Assembly (NCBI GenBank): GCA_052034975.1
Contig: JBPOIA010000002.1
Span: 3,461-67,460 of the forward strand
Source of the DNA: Candidatus Moraniibacteriota bacterium
GTDB taxonomy: Bacteria > Patescibacteriota > Minisyncoccia > Moranbacterales > UBA1568
Reading direction: 5' to 3'
DNA length: 64,000 nt
Part shown: in pieces, positions 1 to 9,159 of the stretch
Layout of the letters: every line of letters starts with the position of its first letter
How positions within the stretch are numbered: position 1 is the stretch's first letter
Translations under genes and position numbers: made by a program
Notes under the pieces: model-generated
The model's database searches: none
What the model was told of the DNA's origin: nothing
Seen by the model: only the letters and a program-made list of their open reading frames with translations

Positions 1-1
1 G

Positions 2-427
2 TACAAGCAAATCGGTCCTATTGAGCGTCGGCACGCTCTCGGTATCGTCACGCAGGACGAGTCCGGCAATTTTTACATCCTTGCGAACGGCAAGCCCTAC
101 CGCGTCCTCCTTGCATCCATCACGTATTTCCGAACAGCCCCCGGAGACGAAGTCGCGATCGTGCTCCCGCGCGATATGGAAGCATCCTGGGCAGCCATCG
201 AGAACATCATCCAAAAAGGAGTCCAAAAGGATTGGCAGTCCGATTTTTCCAAGGCGGCCGACGATCACAGCGTCATCAACTCCTGGAAACACTCTCTGAA
301 AGACGAGGCTTCTTCCAAACCGGCACCGAGCGCAAACCCGAGCGTCCCTGCCGACAACACATCCGTTCTCGACACGTGGGTGCGCGATATGGAAGAAATC
401 GAAAAAGAGATCAATAACCAAAAATAG
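2..427 (+). CDS. hypothetical protein, 5'-truncated by window edge
   Basis: Frame open from base 2 (YKQIGPIERRHALGIV...) through the ORF-track segment 161..427 to TAG; no recognisable motif. Confidence 0.6.
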   Translation, partial: YKQIGPIERRHALGIVTQDESGNFYILANGKPYRVLLASITYFRTAPGDEVAIVLPRDMEASWAAIENIIQKGVQKDWQSDFSKAADDHSVINSWKHSLKDEASSKPAPSANPSVPADNTSVLDTWVRDMEEIEKEINNQK

Positions 428-435
428 CCCCTCCT

Positions 436-1038
436 ATGCGCCTGACGTTCCGCGACCTTCTCTTCGCCGCCATCAACGGAGCATTCATCGGAATTTTGGC
501 TCCGTTTATTTTTGCTAATTTGGCGGTGCAACTGCCCGTATCGCCCATACTCTTCGCGCCAATCCTCGCGCTCCTCTCCGCCCTCGGCGTCGCCATCGGA
601 TATTTTCTTTCCCGTATCCGATCCTTTTTCTTTCAGCTCTCCAAATTCGGACTGATCGGCGTATCGAACACCGTCATCGACCTCGGCATCTACAACCTCT
701 TCATCTTTATGAGCGATGTCTCAAGCGGCTATTTGATCGCGGTTTTCAAGAGCTTTTCGGTACTCATCGCCATCGTCAACAGCTACGTTTGGAACAAATT
801 TTGGTCATTCGAGAAGAAGGACGTCGCCAATATGGGCGAAGAATTCACTCAATTCCTCCTCGTCAGTCTGACCGGGCTCCTTTTGAACGTTGGTATCACA
901 GCATTCGTCGTAAACCTGATCGGCGCACCTGCGGACATAAGCGACAAGACTTGGGCCAATATAGGCGGACTCACCGCTTCCATCCTCGTTCTCACCTGGA
1001 ACTTCGTCGGCTACAAATTCTTTGTGTTCAAAAAATGA
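436..1038 (+). CDS. GtrA-family membrane protein (lipid-linked glycan flippase-like) with extra N-terminal TM helices
   Basis: QLSKFGLIGVSNTVIDLG, NSYVWNKFWSF and WNFVGYKFFVF are GtrA signatures. Confidence 0.85.
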   Translation: MRLTFRDLLFAAINGAFIGILAPFIFANLAVQLPVSPILFAPILALLSALGVAIGYFLSRIRSFFFQLSKFGLIGVSNTVIDLGIYNLFIFMSDVSSGYLIAVFKSFSVLIAIVNSYVWNKFWSFEKKDVANMGEEFTQFLLVSLTGLLLNVGITAFVVNLIGAPADISDKTWANIGGLTASILVLTWNFVGYKFFVFKK

Positions 1039-1054
1039 TATTCTCCCGTTCTCG

Positions 1055-1080
1055 AAAGCCTGCCTTCGCAGGCTTTTTTT
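1055..1080 (+). terminator. intrinsic terminator
   Basis: AAAGCCTGC-CTTC-GCAGGCTTT followed by a T run. Confidence 0.8.
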
Positions 1081-1153
1081 CTTGATAGAAAATAAGGTAT
1101 ACTGAAACCAGTGTTTCAGAAACACCGAGGTTTGATATTGAAAACTCTTCCGT

Positions 1154-2743
1154 ATGTCCACAACGCTCTACCGCAAATACCGTCCGAAATTCTTTGCCGA
1201 TGTCGTCGGCCAAAAGCATATCGTCCAGACGCTCGAAAACGCCTTGAAGCTTGGGCGTGTCGGTCAAGCCTACCTCTTTACCGGGCCACGCGGCACCGGC
1301 AAGACCACGCTCGCCCGCCTCTTCGCCAAAGCCGTCAACTGCTCCGATCGAAAAGGCGCCGAGCCCTGCGGGAAATGCACGCACTGTCTCGTTTTTTCCG
1401 AAGGACGATCGCTCGATGTCATCGAGATCGATGCCGCTTCGCATACCGGCGTCGACAACATCCGCGAACTGCGAGAAACCGTCAATCTTCCTCCGTCCCT
1501 CGGATCGCACAAGATCTACATCATCGACGAAGTGCATATGCTCTCCATCGGAGCATTCAACGCGCTTCTGAAAACCCTCGAAGAACCACCGGCACACGTC
1601 ATCTTCATTCTCGCCACCACCGCGCTCCACAAAGTCCCCGAAACCATCGTTTCCCGCTGCCAACGCTTCGATCTCTCGCGGTTCCCGGTCAAAGCCATCG
1701 TCGGCAAGCTCGAAAAAATCGCCAAGCAAGAAAAACTCAAGATCGAGAAAGGTGCGCTCGAAATGATCGCTCTTGCTGCCGAAGGCGGAATGCGTGATGC
1801 CGAATCACTCCTCACCCAAATTGCCTCGCTCGATCTCTCCCCTATCACCGAAGAAAAGACCGCCGAAATCCTCGGCTCCACCAAGCGCGAAAACGTGACG
1901 GAACTCCTCCGCCTCATAAGCGAAAACGAACTCTTTTCGTCTCTTCTCTTCATCCGAAAACTCTCGCAAGAAGGCGTTGATCTTTCCGTGTTTTCCGGGC
2001 TTTTGCTCCATTTCCTGCGCGACGTACTCATCATTTCCGCCGATCCAAAACAAGGTCCGGACGAGCTCAGTCATCTGACAAACGAACAACAGGCCTCTGT
2101 CGCCCATCTTGCCACTCTCTTCGCACCAGAAAAGATCATCCGGATGCTCGAATATTTCCAAATCGCCCAAAGAGACACAAAGACAGCCGTCATTCCCGAA
2201 CTACCGCTCGAAATCGCCGTCGTAAAAATCCTTACCCAAGAAAGCAAGAGTGACTCCTCGGAAAACTCCAGTAACACCCCTCTTCCGAAAGAGCAGGAGA
2301 CGCGACAGACGTCCTCTCCGGAAACACCAGTTCAGAAATCCGCCATCAAGAAAGCCGCCCTTCCCATCGAGCCGGAATCGTCATCCAGCGCTTCCACCGA
2401 AACAACTCTCGATCTTTCCGTCGTGAAGAAGAGCTGGCAAGCCATCCTCGATGCCGCCAAACAACTAAACGCTTCGATCTCGCTCGCACTTTCGAACTCG
2501 CGGCCCGTAGAGACGGAAGGATCCACCGTCATCATCGCCGTCAGATACCCCTTCCACAAAGAACGCCTCGACGAACCAGCGAACCGATTGACACTCGAAA
2601 AAGCCTTTGATACCATCTTGGGGTCGCGAACCAAGCTCCGAGTCGTACTCGATAAAACGGAGTCGAAAAAAGACCCGGCCGACCATCCGCTCATCAATCA
2701 GGCGATGGAAATGCTCGGCGGCCGCATTGTCCCAGAACATTGA
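1154..2743 (+). CDS. dnaX: DNA polymerase III subunit gamma/tau
   Basis: LYRKYRP, GPRGTGKTT Walker A, zinc-binding Cys cluster, EIDAAS, IIDEVHML, SRCQRF. Confidence 0.97.
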   Translation: MSTTLYRKYRPKFFADVVGQKHIVQTLENALKLGRVGQAYLFTGPRGTGKTTLARLFAKAVNCSDRKGAEPCGKCTHCLVFSEGRSLDVIEIDAASHTGVDNIRELRETVNLPPSLGSHKIYIIDEVHMLSIGAFNALLKTLEEPPAHVIFILATTALHKVPETIVSRCQRFDLSRFPVKAIVGKLEKIAKQEKLKIEKGALEMIALAAEGGMRDAESLLTQIASLDLSPITEEKTAEILGSTKRENVTELLRLISENELFSSLLFIRKLSQEGVDLSVFSGLLLHFLRDVLIISADPKQGPDELSHLTNEQQASVAHLATLFAPEKIIRMLEYFQIAQRDTKTAVIPELPLEIAVVKILTQESKSDSSENSSNTPLPKEQETRQTSSPETPVQKSAIKKAALPIEPESSSSASTETTLDLSVVKKSWQAILDAAKQLNASISLALSNSRPVETEGSTVIIAVRYPFHKERLDEPANRLTLEKAFDTILGSRTKLRVVLDKTESKKDPADHPLINQAMEMLGGRIVPEH

Positions 2744-2749
2744 ACTCCT

Positions 2750-2824
2750 TGGGGAGTAGCCAAGCGGTAAGGCAGGGGCCTTTGAAGCCTCCATACGTAG
2801 GTTCGATCCCTACCTCCCCAGCCA
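2750..2824 (+). tRNA. tRNA-Gln(TTG)
   Basis: Cloverleaf TGGGGAG...CTCCCCA-G-CCA; anticodon loop CT-TTG-AA; GGTTCGATCCC T-arm. Confidence 0.95.
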
Positions 2825-2932
2825 CGGTCGCTCACAGACAATAAAACCAGTCGATTCCAATCCTCTTTTTAAGGGGATTTTCGTGTTATAATGAGGAAAA
2901 CAGCCTCAAAAAATATTTGAGATTTACGTTTG

Positions 2933-3319
2933 ATGGAAAAGAACATACAGGGTATTTTTGTCCATCTTTTCGGGGTGATTCTGATAATCGCCGGGGTTAT
3001 TCATTGGTTTTCGATATTCGGCATCCTTCCATCAGAAAAAACGCCCTTTTTCATCGGTTCTTACTTTGACAGCCTCGCTCTTTTCGATATTATAGCCGGC
3101 ATCGGCATACTCTTTCGACGACAGTGGGGACTTTGGCTTGTTTTTTTCATCCTTATCACCCAAATACCAGCACACTCGTATATGGCATATTTGGATATCG
3201 TCCACCAGTATGGAAGCGGTTTCACTCCAATTTTCAGATTCATCGATATCGTCATTATCGCTGGCGGATTCCTGCTCGTCAGGACCGCTTCCCACGTCGA
3301 CACGCAAACAAACCTATGA
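2933..3319 (+). CDS. small 4-TM membrane protein (DoxX-like, tentative)
   Basis: Four hydrophobic segments; TGTTATAAT extended -10 upstream; stop overlaps next ATG (ATGA). Confidence 0.7.
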   Translation: MEKNIQGIFVHLFGVILIIAGVIHWFSIFGILPSEKTPFFIGSYFDSLALFDIIAGIGILFRRQWGLWLVFFILITQIPAHSYMAYLDIVHQYGSGFTPIFRFIDIVIIAGGFLLVRTASHVDTQTNL

Positions 3320-4359
3320 ATCCGACTCCGTTTTCCGAATTCCAAACCATCAACGAAACCATTTACCGCATTCTCGCGCGTATCGCTTTGGCCGAAGATG
3401 AAGGCGAAGTTTCGAAAGAAGAACCGAAACTCCTCGAAGAGCTCCTTTCTTTGGAAACCGGATTAAAAACGATACTGAGCGATACGAAGAATCTGCGCAC
3501 CGTGGCGCCGGTTATGTTTATGCGTCTCTGGTCGGTCGCGAGCATCCGCCGATCACTCAAAAAGATACGCTCGGCAAAAAAGCATTCTGCTGCCGGCCGC
3601 TCCGCTGCCTTTTTTCATACCGCACGAATAGCCGCCCTGTGGGGATACCAAGCGCTCTCGATTCTTAAGACCCGCTCCATCCTCTCTCAGGCGTTCCAAA
3701 ATCTCGACTGTCATCTCTTAAAACACGAAGATCTGCAAAAAGGCGATGTTATCCTCTCGTACAAGACCGCCCGCTATCTGCACAAAGACCTTCTCTCGAA
3801 ACTCATCGCCGTCGCGGCGAACAGCTCCATCACCCACGCCCTCATCACAACCGAATCAGGCAATGAACCGAAACTTCTCTGTTCCAGCGCCCTGGGTAAC
3901 GGGCTCAACCTCGCTCTGCCCTCACCCGATCCGGGAGAAATCTATCTCGTGATGCGTCTCCACCAGGTTCCCAAAAAACAGACGGAGAAACTCTCCTTAA
4001 CGCTCGACCGATGGAACAAAAATGTCCGCCTGCTCCGCATCTATAAATTCTCAGAGCTCAAATGCTGGATGGCGAGCCTCCTCGGATTCCTGTACGTCTT
4101 TTCGGTCTGCATTCTCCGGCGCCCGATCATCCTTAGAAATATCGCCAAGGATCGCCCGGGATATTTTTGCAGCGAGATCATCGACGATATCTTTAAAGAG
4201 GCTGGGCTCTTCCTGACACCGCGAAGCGAACACGCAGCCCTTGCGGGACCGGTGGAATTTTTCCATTCTCCCTATCTTTCGTTCCAGGGCATCATTATGA
4301 ACAACAACGATCATGAAACCCTCAAAGAGGAACTAGCGGCCGAGTTTCACATCGGTTGA
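3316..4359 (+). CDS. permuted papain-like NlpC/P60 (YaeF/YiiX-type) amidase/acyltransferase with N-terminal helical domain
   Basis: LQKGDVIL...ITHAL...YFCSEII, with His before Cys (permuted order); start set at ATG 3316 coupled to upstream stop. Confidence 0.7.
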   Translation: MNPTPFSEFQTINETIYRILARIALAEDEGEVSKEEPKLLEELLSLETGLKTILSDTKNLRTVAPVMFMRLWSVASIRRSLKKIRSAKKHSAAGRSAAFFHTARIAALWGYQALSILKTRSILSQAFQNLDCHLLKHEDLQKGDVILSYKTARYLHKDLLSKLIAVAANSSITHALITTESGNEPKLLCSSALGNGLNLALPSPDPGEIYLVMRLHQVPKKQTEKLSLTLDRWNKNVRLLRIYKFSELKCWMASLLGFLYVFSVCILRRPIILRNIAKDRPGYFCSEIIDDIFKEAGLFLTPRSEHAALAGPVEFFHSPYLSFQGIIMNNNDHETLKEELAAEFHIG

Positions 4360-5379
4360 TGCTCGCATTGCTTTGCGGCTGATATGCCGATAGATCAGAT
4401 AAACAAAAAGAATACCAAAAAGCGTCACGTTGACGGCGATCTGCAGACTTTTAAACGTTTCCAGTACCAGCGTAAATCCCAAACCGGCGCTCCAGCCGAT
4501 GAGCGTCACGATCGGCGCCCAAAAAGAGTTCACAATCAGACAATACAGGAAAAACTTCCCCGGATCGATGCGCTTCCTGCCGAAATACACGATGCAGGGA
4601 ATGGTGATGCCGGAAATAAAACGCGCCAAGAAGAACGCCTTAAACGGAGCGTTGTCGAGCGTTTTTTGTATGCGCCCAAAAAGATGCCCGTGATTCTCCG
4701 GCAGCAGGAACCGATCCACGAAATTGAATAGTCTTGTCCTGGCGGTCAGAAACCAAAACCACTCTCCAAGAAACGCCGTCGTAAATCCGATGAACGTCAC
4801 GGTCAACGGATCCATCTTCCCCTGCCCCGCAAGGAACGAGAATACAAGGACAGCCGGTTCGCCACCAAACAAACAAATGAAAAACGCTGCGGCAAGGATA
4901 TGCTCGTGCAAAAGGCCAAGAAAATACCCAAGCCCTTCCGCACTCGGCGACAAAGCGGCCGACCATATGTCCCGAAGCACGGCGATCTCCTGTCCGTAAT
5001 CCGATAAAAGAAGCCATCCGACAAAGACAACGATCACGATATGGACCCAAAAATGACTCCATACGTCGAACCGACTATGGTGCTTGCGATAAAATGTCAT
5101 CGAGAGGTACACCTCCCATACAGAAAGAACAAGCGCGATGAAAAATCCGATGAATTCTTTCTCCACGAGATACTCAGCCGTCAGAAGCAGGATGACACCG
5201 ACGACGATCAGATTGAACGCGTTGCCAAGCCTCTGCAAACGGAAATGCGCGAGAAGCGGAAACAGTTTCGGGATGTATCGTTCGACAATATCCGGCTGTA
5301 CCAGCAAAAAAACACCGGAAGCGAGATACAACAAAGATACAAGATAGTATGCCGAGTACAGGAAGATTTCCGCCAGCAT
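4333..5379 (-). CDS. DedA/VTT-domain protein fused to an N-terminal 4-TM domain
   Basis: C-terminal half: GGEPAVL..FLAGQG, GEWFWF, FLARFISG, GRKRIDPGKFFLY. Confidence 0.75.
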   Translation of the reverse strand: MLAEIFLYSAYYLVSLLYLASGVFLLVQPDIVERYIPKLFPLLAHFRLQRLGNAFNLIVVGVILLLTAEYLVEKEFIGFFIALVLSVWEVYLSMTFYRKHHSRFDVWSHFWVHIVIVVFVGWLLLSDYGQEIAVLRDIWSAALSPSAEGLGYFLGLLHEHILAAAFFICLFGGEPAVLVFSFLAGQGKMDPLTVTFIGFTTAFLGEWFWFLTARTRLFNFVDRFLLPENHGHLFGRIQKTLDNAPFKAFFLARFISGITIPCIVYFGRKRIDPGKFFLYCLIVNSFWAPIVTLIGWSAGLGFTLVLETFKSLQIAVNVTLFGILFVYLIYRHISRKAMRASTDVKLGR

Positions 5380-5435
5380 AGATAAAATATGCTATAATTG
5401 GCCTTATAGTAGCATAAAACCGCTTCCTCGAACAT

Positions 5436-6872
5436 ATGCTCGCCGCCAAACGACCGTCTCTCCGCCAAAAGATTCTTTTTTACATACTCAGAATCCTTCC
5501 TGTTCGTTTCAAGCTCTCCCGATTGGAACACGTCCGTTTCGATGACCTTATCGCCTTCGGAACGCTCGCTCTCATCCCGGCTTTCCGAAAATCTACCGAA
5601 ACACTTCCTTTTTATCGCGACTTCCTCGCCAAAAAAAACGTCGAGGTAAGCGCTGTCCGGACACCGGATGATTTCTCGCGTCTCGTACCGATTCTTCGCA
5701 AGGAAGACGTTTTTCCCACGTCCGCCGTAGAAGACCTCTGCCAAAATGGAAAAGTGGACGATATGCGTTCGGCGATCGTCACTTCCGGCACCTCCGGTAC
5801 CTTCGCGTACGGTCTTTTGACCGAAAAAGATACGCTTTGGCAACGATCCGTCCTCGATGAATTCTTCAATCATTATTTCGATCAAGACCATCGCTCTCTT
5901 CTCATCATCAACGCCTTACCGATGGGCGTCTCGTTCACATCCGATTATCCGGTCATCCCAACAAGCGTCCGGCCGGATATCGTCCTCCACGTCATAAAGA
6001 CATTCCGAAACCTCTACCGCACCCTCGTCATCGTCTGCGATCCGCACTTCGCAAAGAAAATCATTGACGATGGCCGAGCATCCGGATGGCAATGGCACGA
6101 TTTGAATGTCTCTTTCGTCATCGGCGGAGCATGGTCATCAAACAGCCTCTCACGATACCTTCTCTCGGCGCTCAATGCCGACCCGAAGAAACCCTCCCAT
6201 CTCGTCTTAGGTACGATGGGCATCACCGAAATCGGCTTGAACGTTTTTAGTGCTCCCAAAGAACTCATCACTCTGCGCGATATCCTCGAAAGCGATCCCT
6301 CGTCCCGTGCACGCCTCTTCGGCACCGATACGCGCGTATGTCCGGAAATATTCTATTACATCCCTACCGGCACATACGTCGAAATCTCCTCTCCGGATGA
6401 AAACGGTGTGGGTGATATCGTCTTCTCCAATCTCGACACGCAGGCCAAGACCCCGCTCTTCCGATACGCGACCGGCGACAAGGGATCGTTCATCAATCGC
6501 GCCCTCGCCGCAGAAATTTTGGACGAAAAATGTCCCGACGTCCGTCTTTCGCTCCATCTGCCGCTCATCGCCGTCTTTGACCGCGAACACGGCCCAGCGA
6601 ATGATACTGTCTCCGTAGCAGAAGTGAAAGAAGCTCTCTATCGGAATCCGGATATCGTCCCCTCGCTTACCGGACACTTCCGAATCAGCGGCACCACCAT
6701 CGATGTCCAGTTGGAAACATCTGCCATTCCCGAAACGAGCATCAAAGATGCCCTGGAAAAGAACCTTTCGGCGGTTTCAGGAAAACCGTCCTCGATCACG
6801 CTGGTCCCCTATCGTGAATTTTCGCAGGATATGGATCTTAACTACGAAAAAAAATGGAAGCATCGATCTTGA
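5436..6872 (+). CDS. phenylacetate-CoA ligase-like (PaaK/ANL superfamily) adenylate-forming enzyme
   Basis: VPILRKEDVF, TSGTSG P-loop, MGITE, PLFRYATGD. Confidence 0.8.
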   Translation: MLAAKRPSLRQKILFYILRILPVRFKLSRLEHVRFDDLIAFGTLALIPAFRKSTETLPFYRDFLAKKNVEVSAVRTPDDFSRLVPILRKEDVFPTSAVEDLCQNGKVDDMRSAIVTSGTSGTFAYGLLTEKDTLWQRSVLDEFFNHYFDQDHRSLLIINALPMGVSFTSDYPVIPTSVRPDIVLHVIKTFRNLYRTLVIVCDPHFAKKIIDDGRASGWQWHDLNVSFVIGGAWSSNSLSRYLLSALNADPKKPSHLVLGTMGITEIGLNVFSAPKELITLRDILESDPSSRARLFGTDTRVCPEIFYYIPTGTYVEISSPDENGVGDIVFSNLDTQAKTPLFRYATGDKGSFINRALAAEILDEKCPDVRLSLHLPLIAVFDREHGPANDTVSVAEVKEALYRNPDIVPSLTGHFRISGTTIDVQLETSAIPETSIKDALEKNLSAVSGKPSSITLVPYREFSQDMDLNYEKKWKHRS

Positions 6873-7669
6873 CCATCCTTTTTGAACTACCGGGAGCGAC
6901 TCTCAACTACATACGAGGGGCGTCGTGGCTCGCGCTCTTCCTCCACACCGTTATCCTCATCACGCTGTACCACGTTTTCCGGATGCTCATCATCCTCGGC
7001 TGGATGTTTCTCACCGGCCGCCAAAATAAGCACGTCGTCAAAGAAAAAGTCCGCTTCTCAGAATCCGGTCCGGGCAGCAAGGTTATCCTTATCGCCGGCG
7101 ACAGCACCGCCGCCGGAATGGGAGCTGCCAATCCGCGTGATACGTTCGCCGGAATGCTCGCCCGCGACTTCCCGAAAACGGACGTCTATAACGTCGCCGC
7201 AAACGGCGCTCTCACCCGCGATATCCTGAAACAATTCGAGCGTCATCCGTACATTCGCCCGGATGTGTTTGTCCTCTCCACCGGCGGCAACGACTTGTGG
7301 AGCTTTATTACGATACGACGCATCGCACGCGATCTCTCGGATGTCATCCGCGCCGCCAAAGCACGCGGCAACGGAAACGTCATTGTCCTCTTCTTCGGCA
7401 ACGCCGGATCCGCACCGCTCTTCCCCTACCTCATCCGCAAACTCCTCCTTCGAAGAGAACAGAAGGCGTTCCGGGCATTCATAGATGTCTGCGCCCAAGA
7501 AAAAGTGGAGCTCGTTGAACTCTTCACACGCAAGGACGGCAATCCGTTCGTCGAGCATCCCGATCGATATTTCTCTCCCGATGGCCTGCATCCGAGCGGT
7601 TTCGGTTATGTTTTATGGTACGAACGTCTCCTGCAATCCATCCACGAAAAAAATTACCTTCCACACTGA
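6854..7669 (+). CDS. membrane-anchored SGNH/GDSL esterase/lipase
   Basis: GDSTAAG (block I), NGA, GGND (block III), DGLHP (block V); N-terminal TM. Confidence 0.88.
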   Translation: MEASILTILFELPGATLNYIRGASWLALFLHTVILITLYHVFRMLIILGWMFLTGRQNKHVVKEKVRFSESGPGSKVILIAGDSTAAGMGAANPRDTFAGMLARDFPKTDVYNVAANGALTRDILKQFERHPYIRPDVFVLSTGGNDLWSFITIRRIARDLSDVIRAAKARGNGNVIVLFFGNAGSAPLFPYLIRKLLLRREQKAFRAFIDVCAQEKVELVELFTRKDGNPFVEHPDRYFSPDGLHPSGFGYVLWYERLLQSIHEKNYLPH

Positions 7670-7719
7670 AACAGAATCTGCTTATTTCGGCATAAATGAG
7701 CTTTTTTCCTGTTTGATGC

Positions 7720-7748
7720 TTGACTTATTTTTATTTTGGTGTTACAAT
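7720..7748 (+). promoter_or_regulatory. sigma70-type promoter of cold-shock gene
   Basis: TTGACT-17 nt-TACAAT. Confidence 0.65.
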
Positions 7749-7818
7749 ATAAGGTGAAGTAGAAGAAATGTAGTCGGATTTCCCATACTTTCATTCTAAG
7801 CAGCCATAGCCAAACGTT

Positions 7819-8016
7819 ATGAACGGAACTATCAAAACGCTCACAGACCGAGGTTTCGGGTTCATTGCCCGTGAAGGCGAGACGAAAGATCTCTTCTTCC
7901 ACGCCAAAGACCTCGTCGGTGTCACATTCGACGAGCTCAAGGCCGGCGATGCCGTCACCTTTGAGATCGTGGAGGGTGAAAAGGGCCCGGCGGCCGTCAG
8001 TGTCTCCCGCGCCTAA
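7819..8016 (+). CDS. csp: cold-shock protein (CspA family)
   Basis: RGFGFI (RNP1), LFFH (RNP2), KGPAA. Confidence 0.95.
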   Translation: MNGTIKTLTDRGFGFIAREGETKDLFFHAKDLVGVTFDELKAGDAVTFEIVEGEKGPAAVSVSRA

Positions 8017-8027
8017 GTCTCCCACAA

Positions 8028-8061
8028 CAAAAATCCGTCCCTTCCGGGCGGTTTTTTGTTT
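8028..8061 (+). terminator. intrinsic terminator
   Basis: CCGTCC-CTTCC-GGGCGG followed by T run. Confidence 0.7.
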
Positions 8062-8112
8062 CCAAAAAAAAGAGCCTTCAGAGATCGTTTCCGAAGGCTT
8101 TCAAAGAAAGTT

Positions 8113-8397
8113 TCAACGTACCAGTGAGAGGCGTGGCATCGGAGCTTCCGAAGCGGATATTTCCCGTTCGGGAAACCGCTCCTCCTTCGGAAAATCGAGA
8201 TAGCGCGCGAATGCTTTCTGCTGCATCCGCACGATATTCCCCTGCCAGAGGAACATATTTCCGACCACTTCTTCCGCCGATCCAAAAGGGAACATCGGCC
8301 GCCGGAACAGCTCCGCAGAAAAATGCAGGAAAAACTGTGGAAACCACAAGAACGCCTCGAGAGTTCTCTCTGGCATACCTTGTAATGGATGATCCAT
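8113..8397 (-). CDS. hypothetical protein (~94 aa)
   Basis: ATG 8397 (MDHPLQGM) preceded by GGAGGG; hairpin plus T run downstream on the minus strand. Confidence 0.45.
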   Translation of the reverse strand: MDHPLQGMPERTLEAFLWFPQFFLHFSAELFRRPMFPFGSAEEVVGNMFLWQGNIVRMQQKAFARYLDFPKEERFPEREISASEAPMPRLSLVR

Positions 8398-8490
8398 AGC
8401 GCCCTCCGTTCGGACAAGGAACAAAAAAGAAAGGGTCTCCCCCTCCTGTTCGGAAGCATACCACGTTTCGCGAAAAAAATCCTTTTCCCG

Positions 8491-9093
8491 TCAAGCCTTG
8501 GTTTTTCGTTCCCGCACATATCCGACAATGCCGGGCAGAAAGGAGAGAAAAACGATCAGAAGAATAATCGGTAAGAGATACCGATCGACGTCAATCACGT
8601 TTCCGAGCGAGTAACCAAGGAGCACCAGGCCGCATGTCCACAAGAGAGCGCCGATCAAATTATATGCGAAAAACACCGGGTAACGCATATTTGCCACGCC
8701 GGCCACGATCGGAGCGAATGTCCGCACGATCGGCATAAAACGCGCGAGAACGATCGTTTTCGGCCCGTGCCGGTCGTAAAACGCCTGCGCTTTGAGTGCG
8801 TGGGCTTTTTTGAAGATGAGCGAATCTTCCTTGCTGAACAGTTTCGGCCCGATCTGCCGGCCGAATTCATAACCGACGAGATTGCCTATCGTCGCGGAAA
8901 GAAACAATCCGATCAGAAGCATCGGCAGCGAGAAAAATCCGTCCGACGCAAGAAACCCCGCCACGAAAAGCAGACTGTCACCCGGCAGGAAAAACCCAAG
9001 AAAGAGTCCGGTTTCCGCAAAGACAATTCCAAAAACACCCGCGTACCCTACCGTCCGAATGAGCTCCACTAAATCAATGCCAAAGAATTCCAT
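8491..9093 (-). CDS. dedA: DedA family protein
   Basis: FAETGLFLGFFLPGDSLL, LARFMPIVRTFAP. Confidence 0.93.
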   Translation of the reverse strand: MEFFGIDLVELIRTVGYAGVFGIVFAETGLFLGFFLPGDSLLFVAGFLASDGFFSLPMLLIGLFLSATIGNLVGYEFGRQIGPKLFSKEDSLIFKKAHALKAQAFYDRHGPKTIVLARFMPIVRTFAPIVAGVANMRYPVFFAYNLIGALLWTCGLVLLGYSLGNVIDVDRYLLPIILLIVFLSFLPGIVGYVRERKTKA

Positions 9094-9159
9094 AACACAC
9101 TTTTACGAATCATCCTCCGTAGTATACGGTATTTCCAAAAAAGCGGAAAGGAAGCTGCT

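Noticed and set aside
3124-3315. Longer N-terminus for the papain-like gene
   Set aside because: Overlaps the upstream membrane gene; the ATGA coupling at 3316 is the better start
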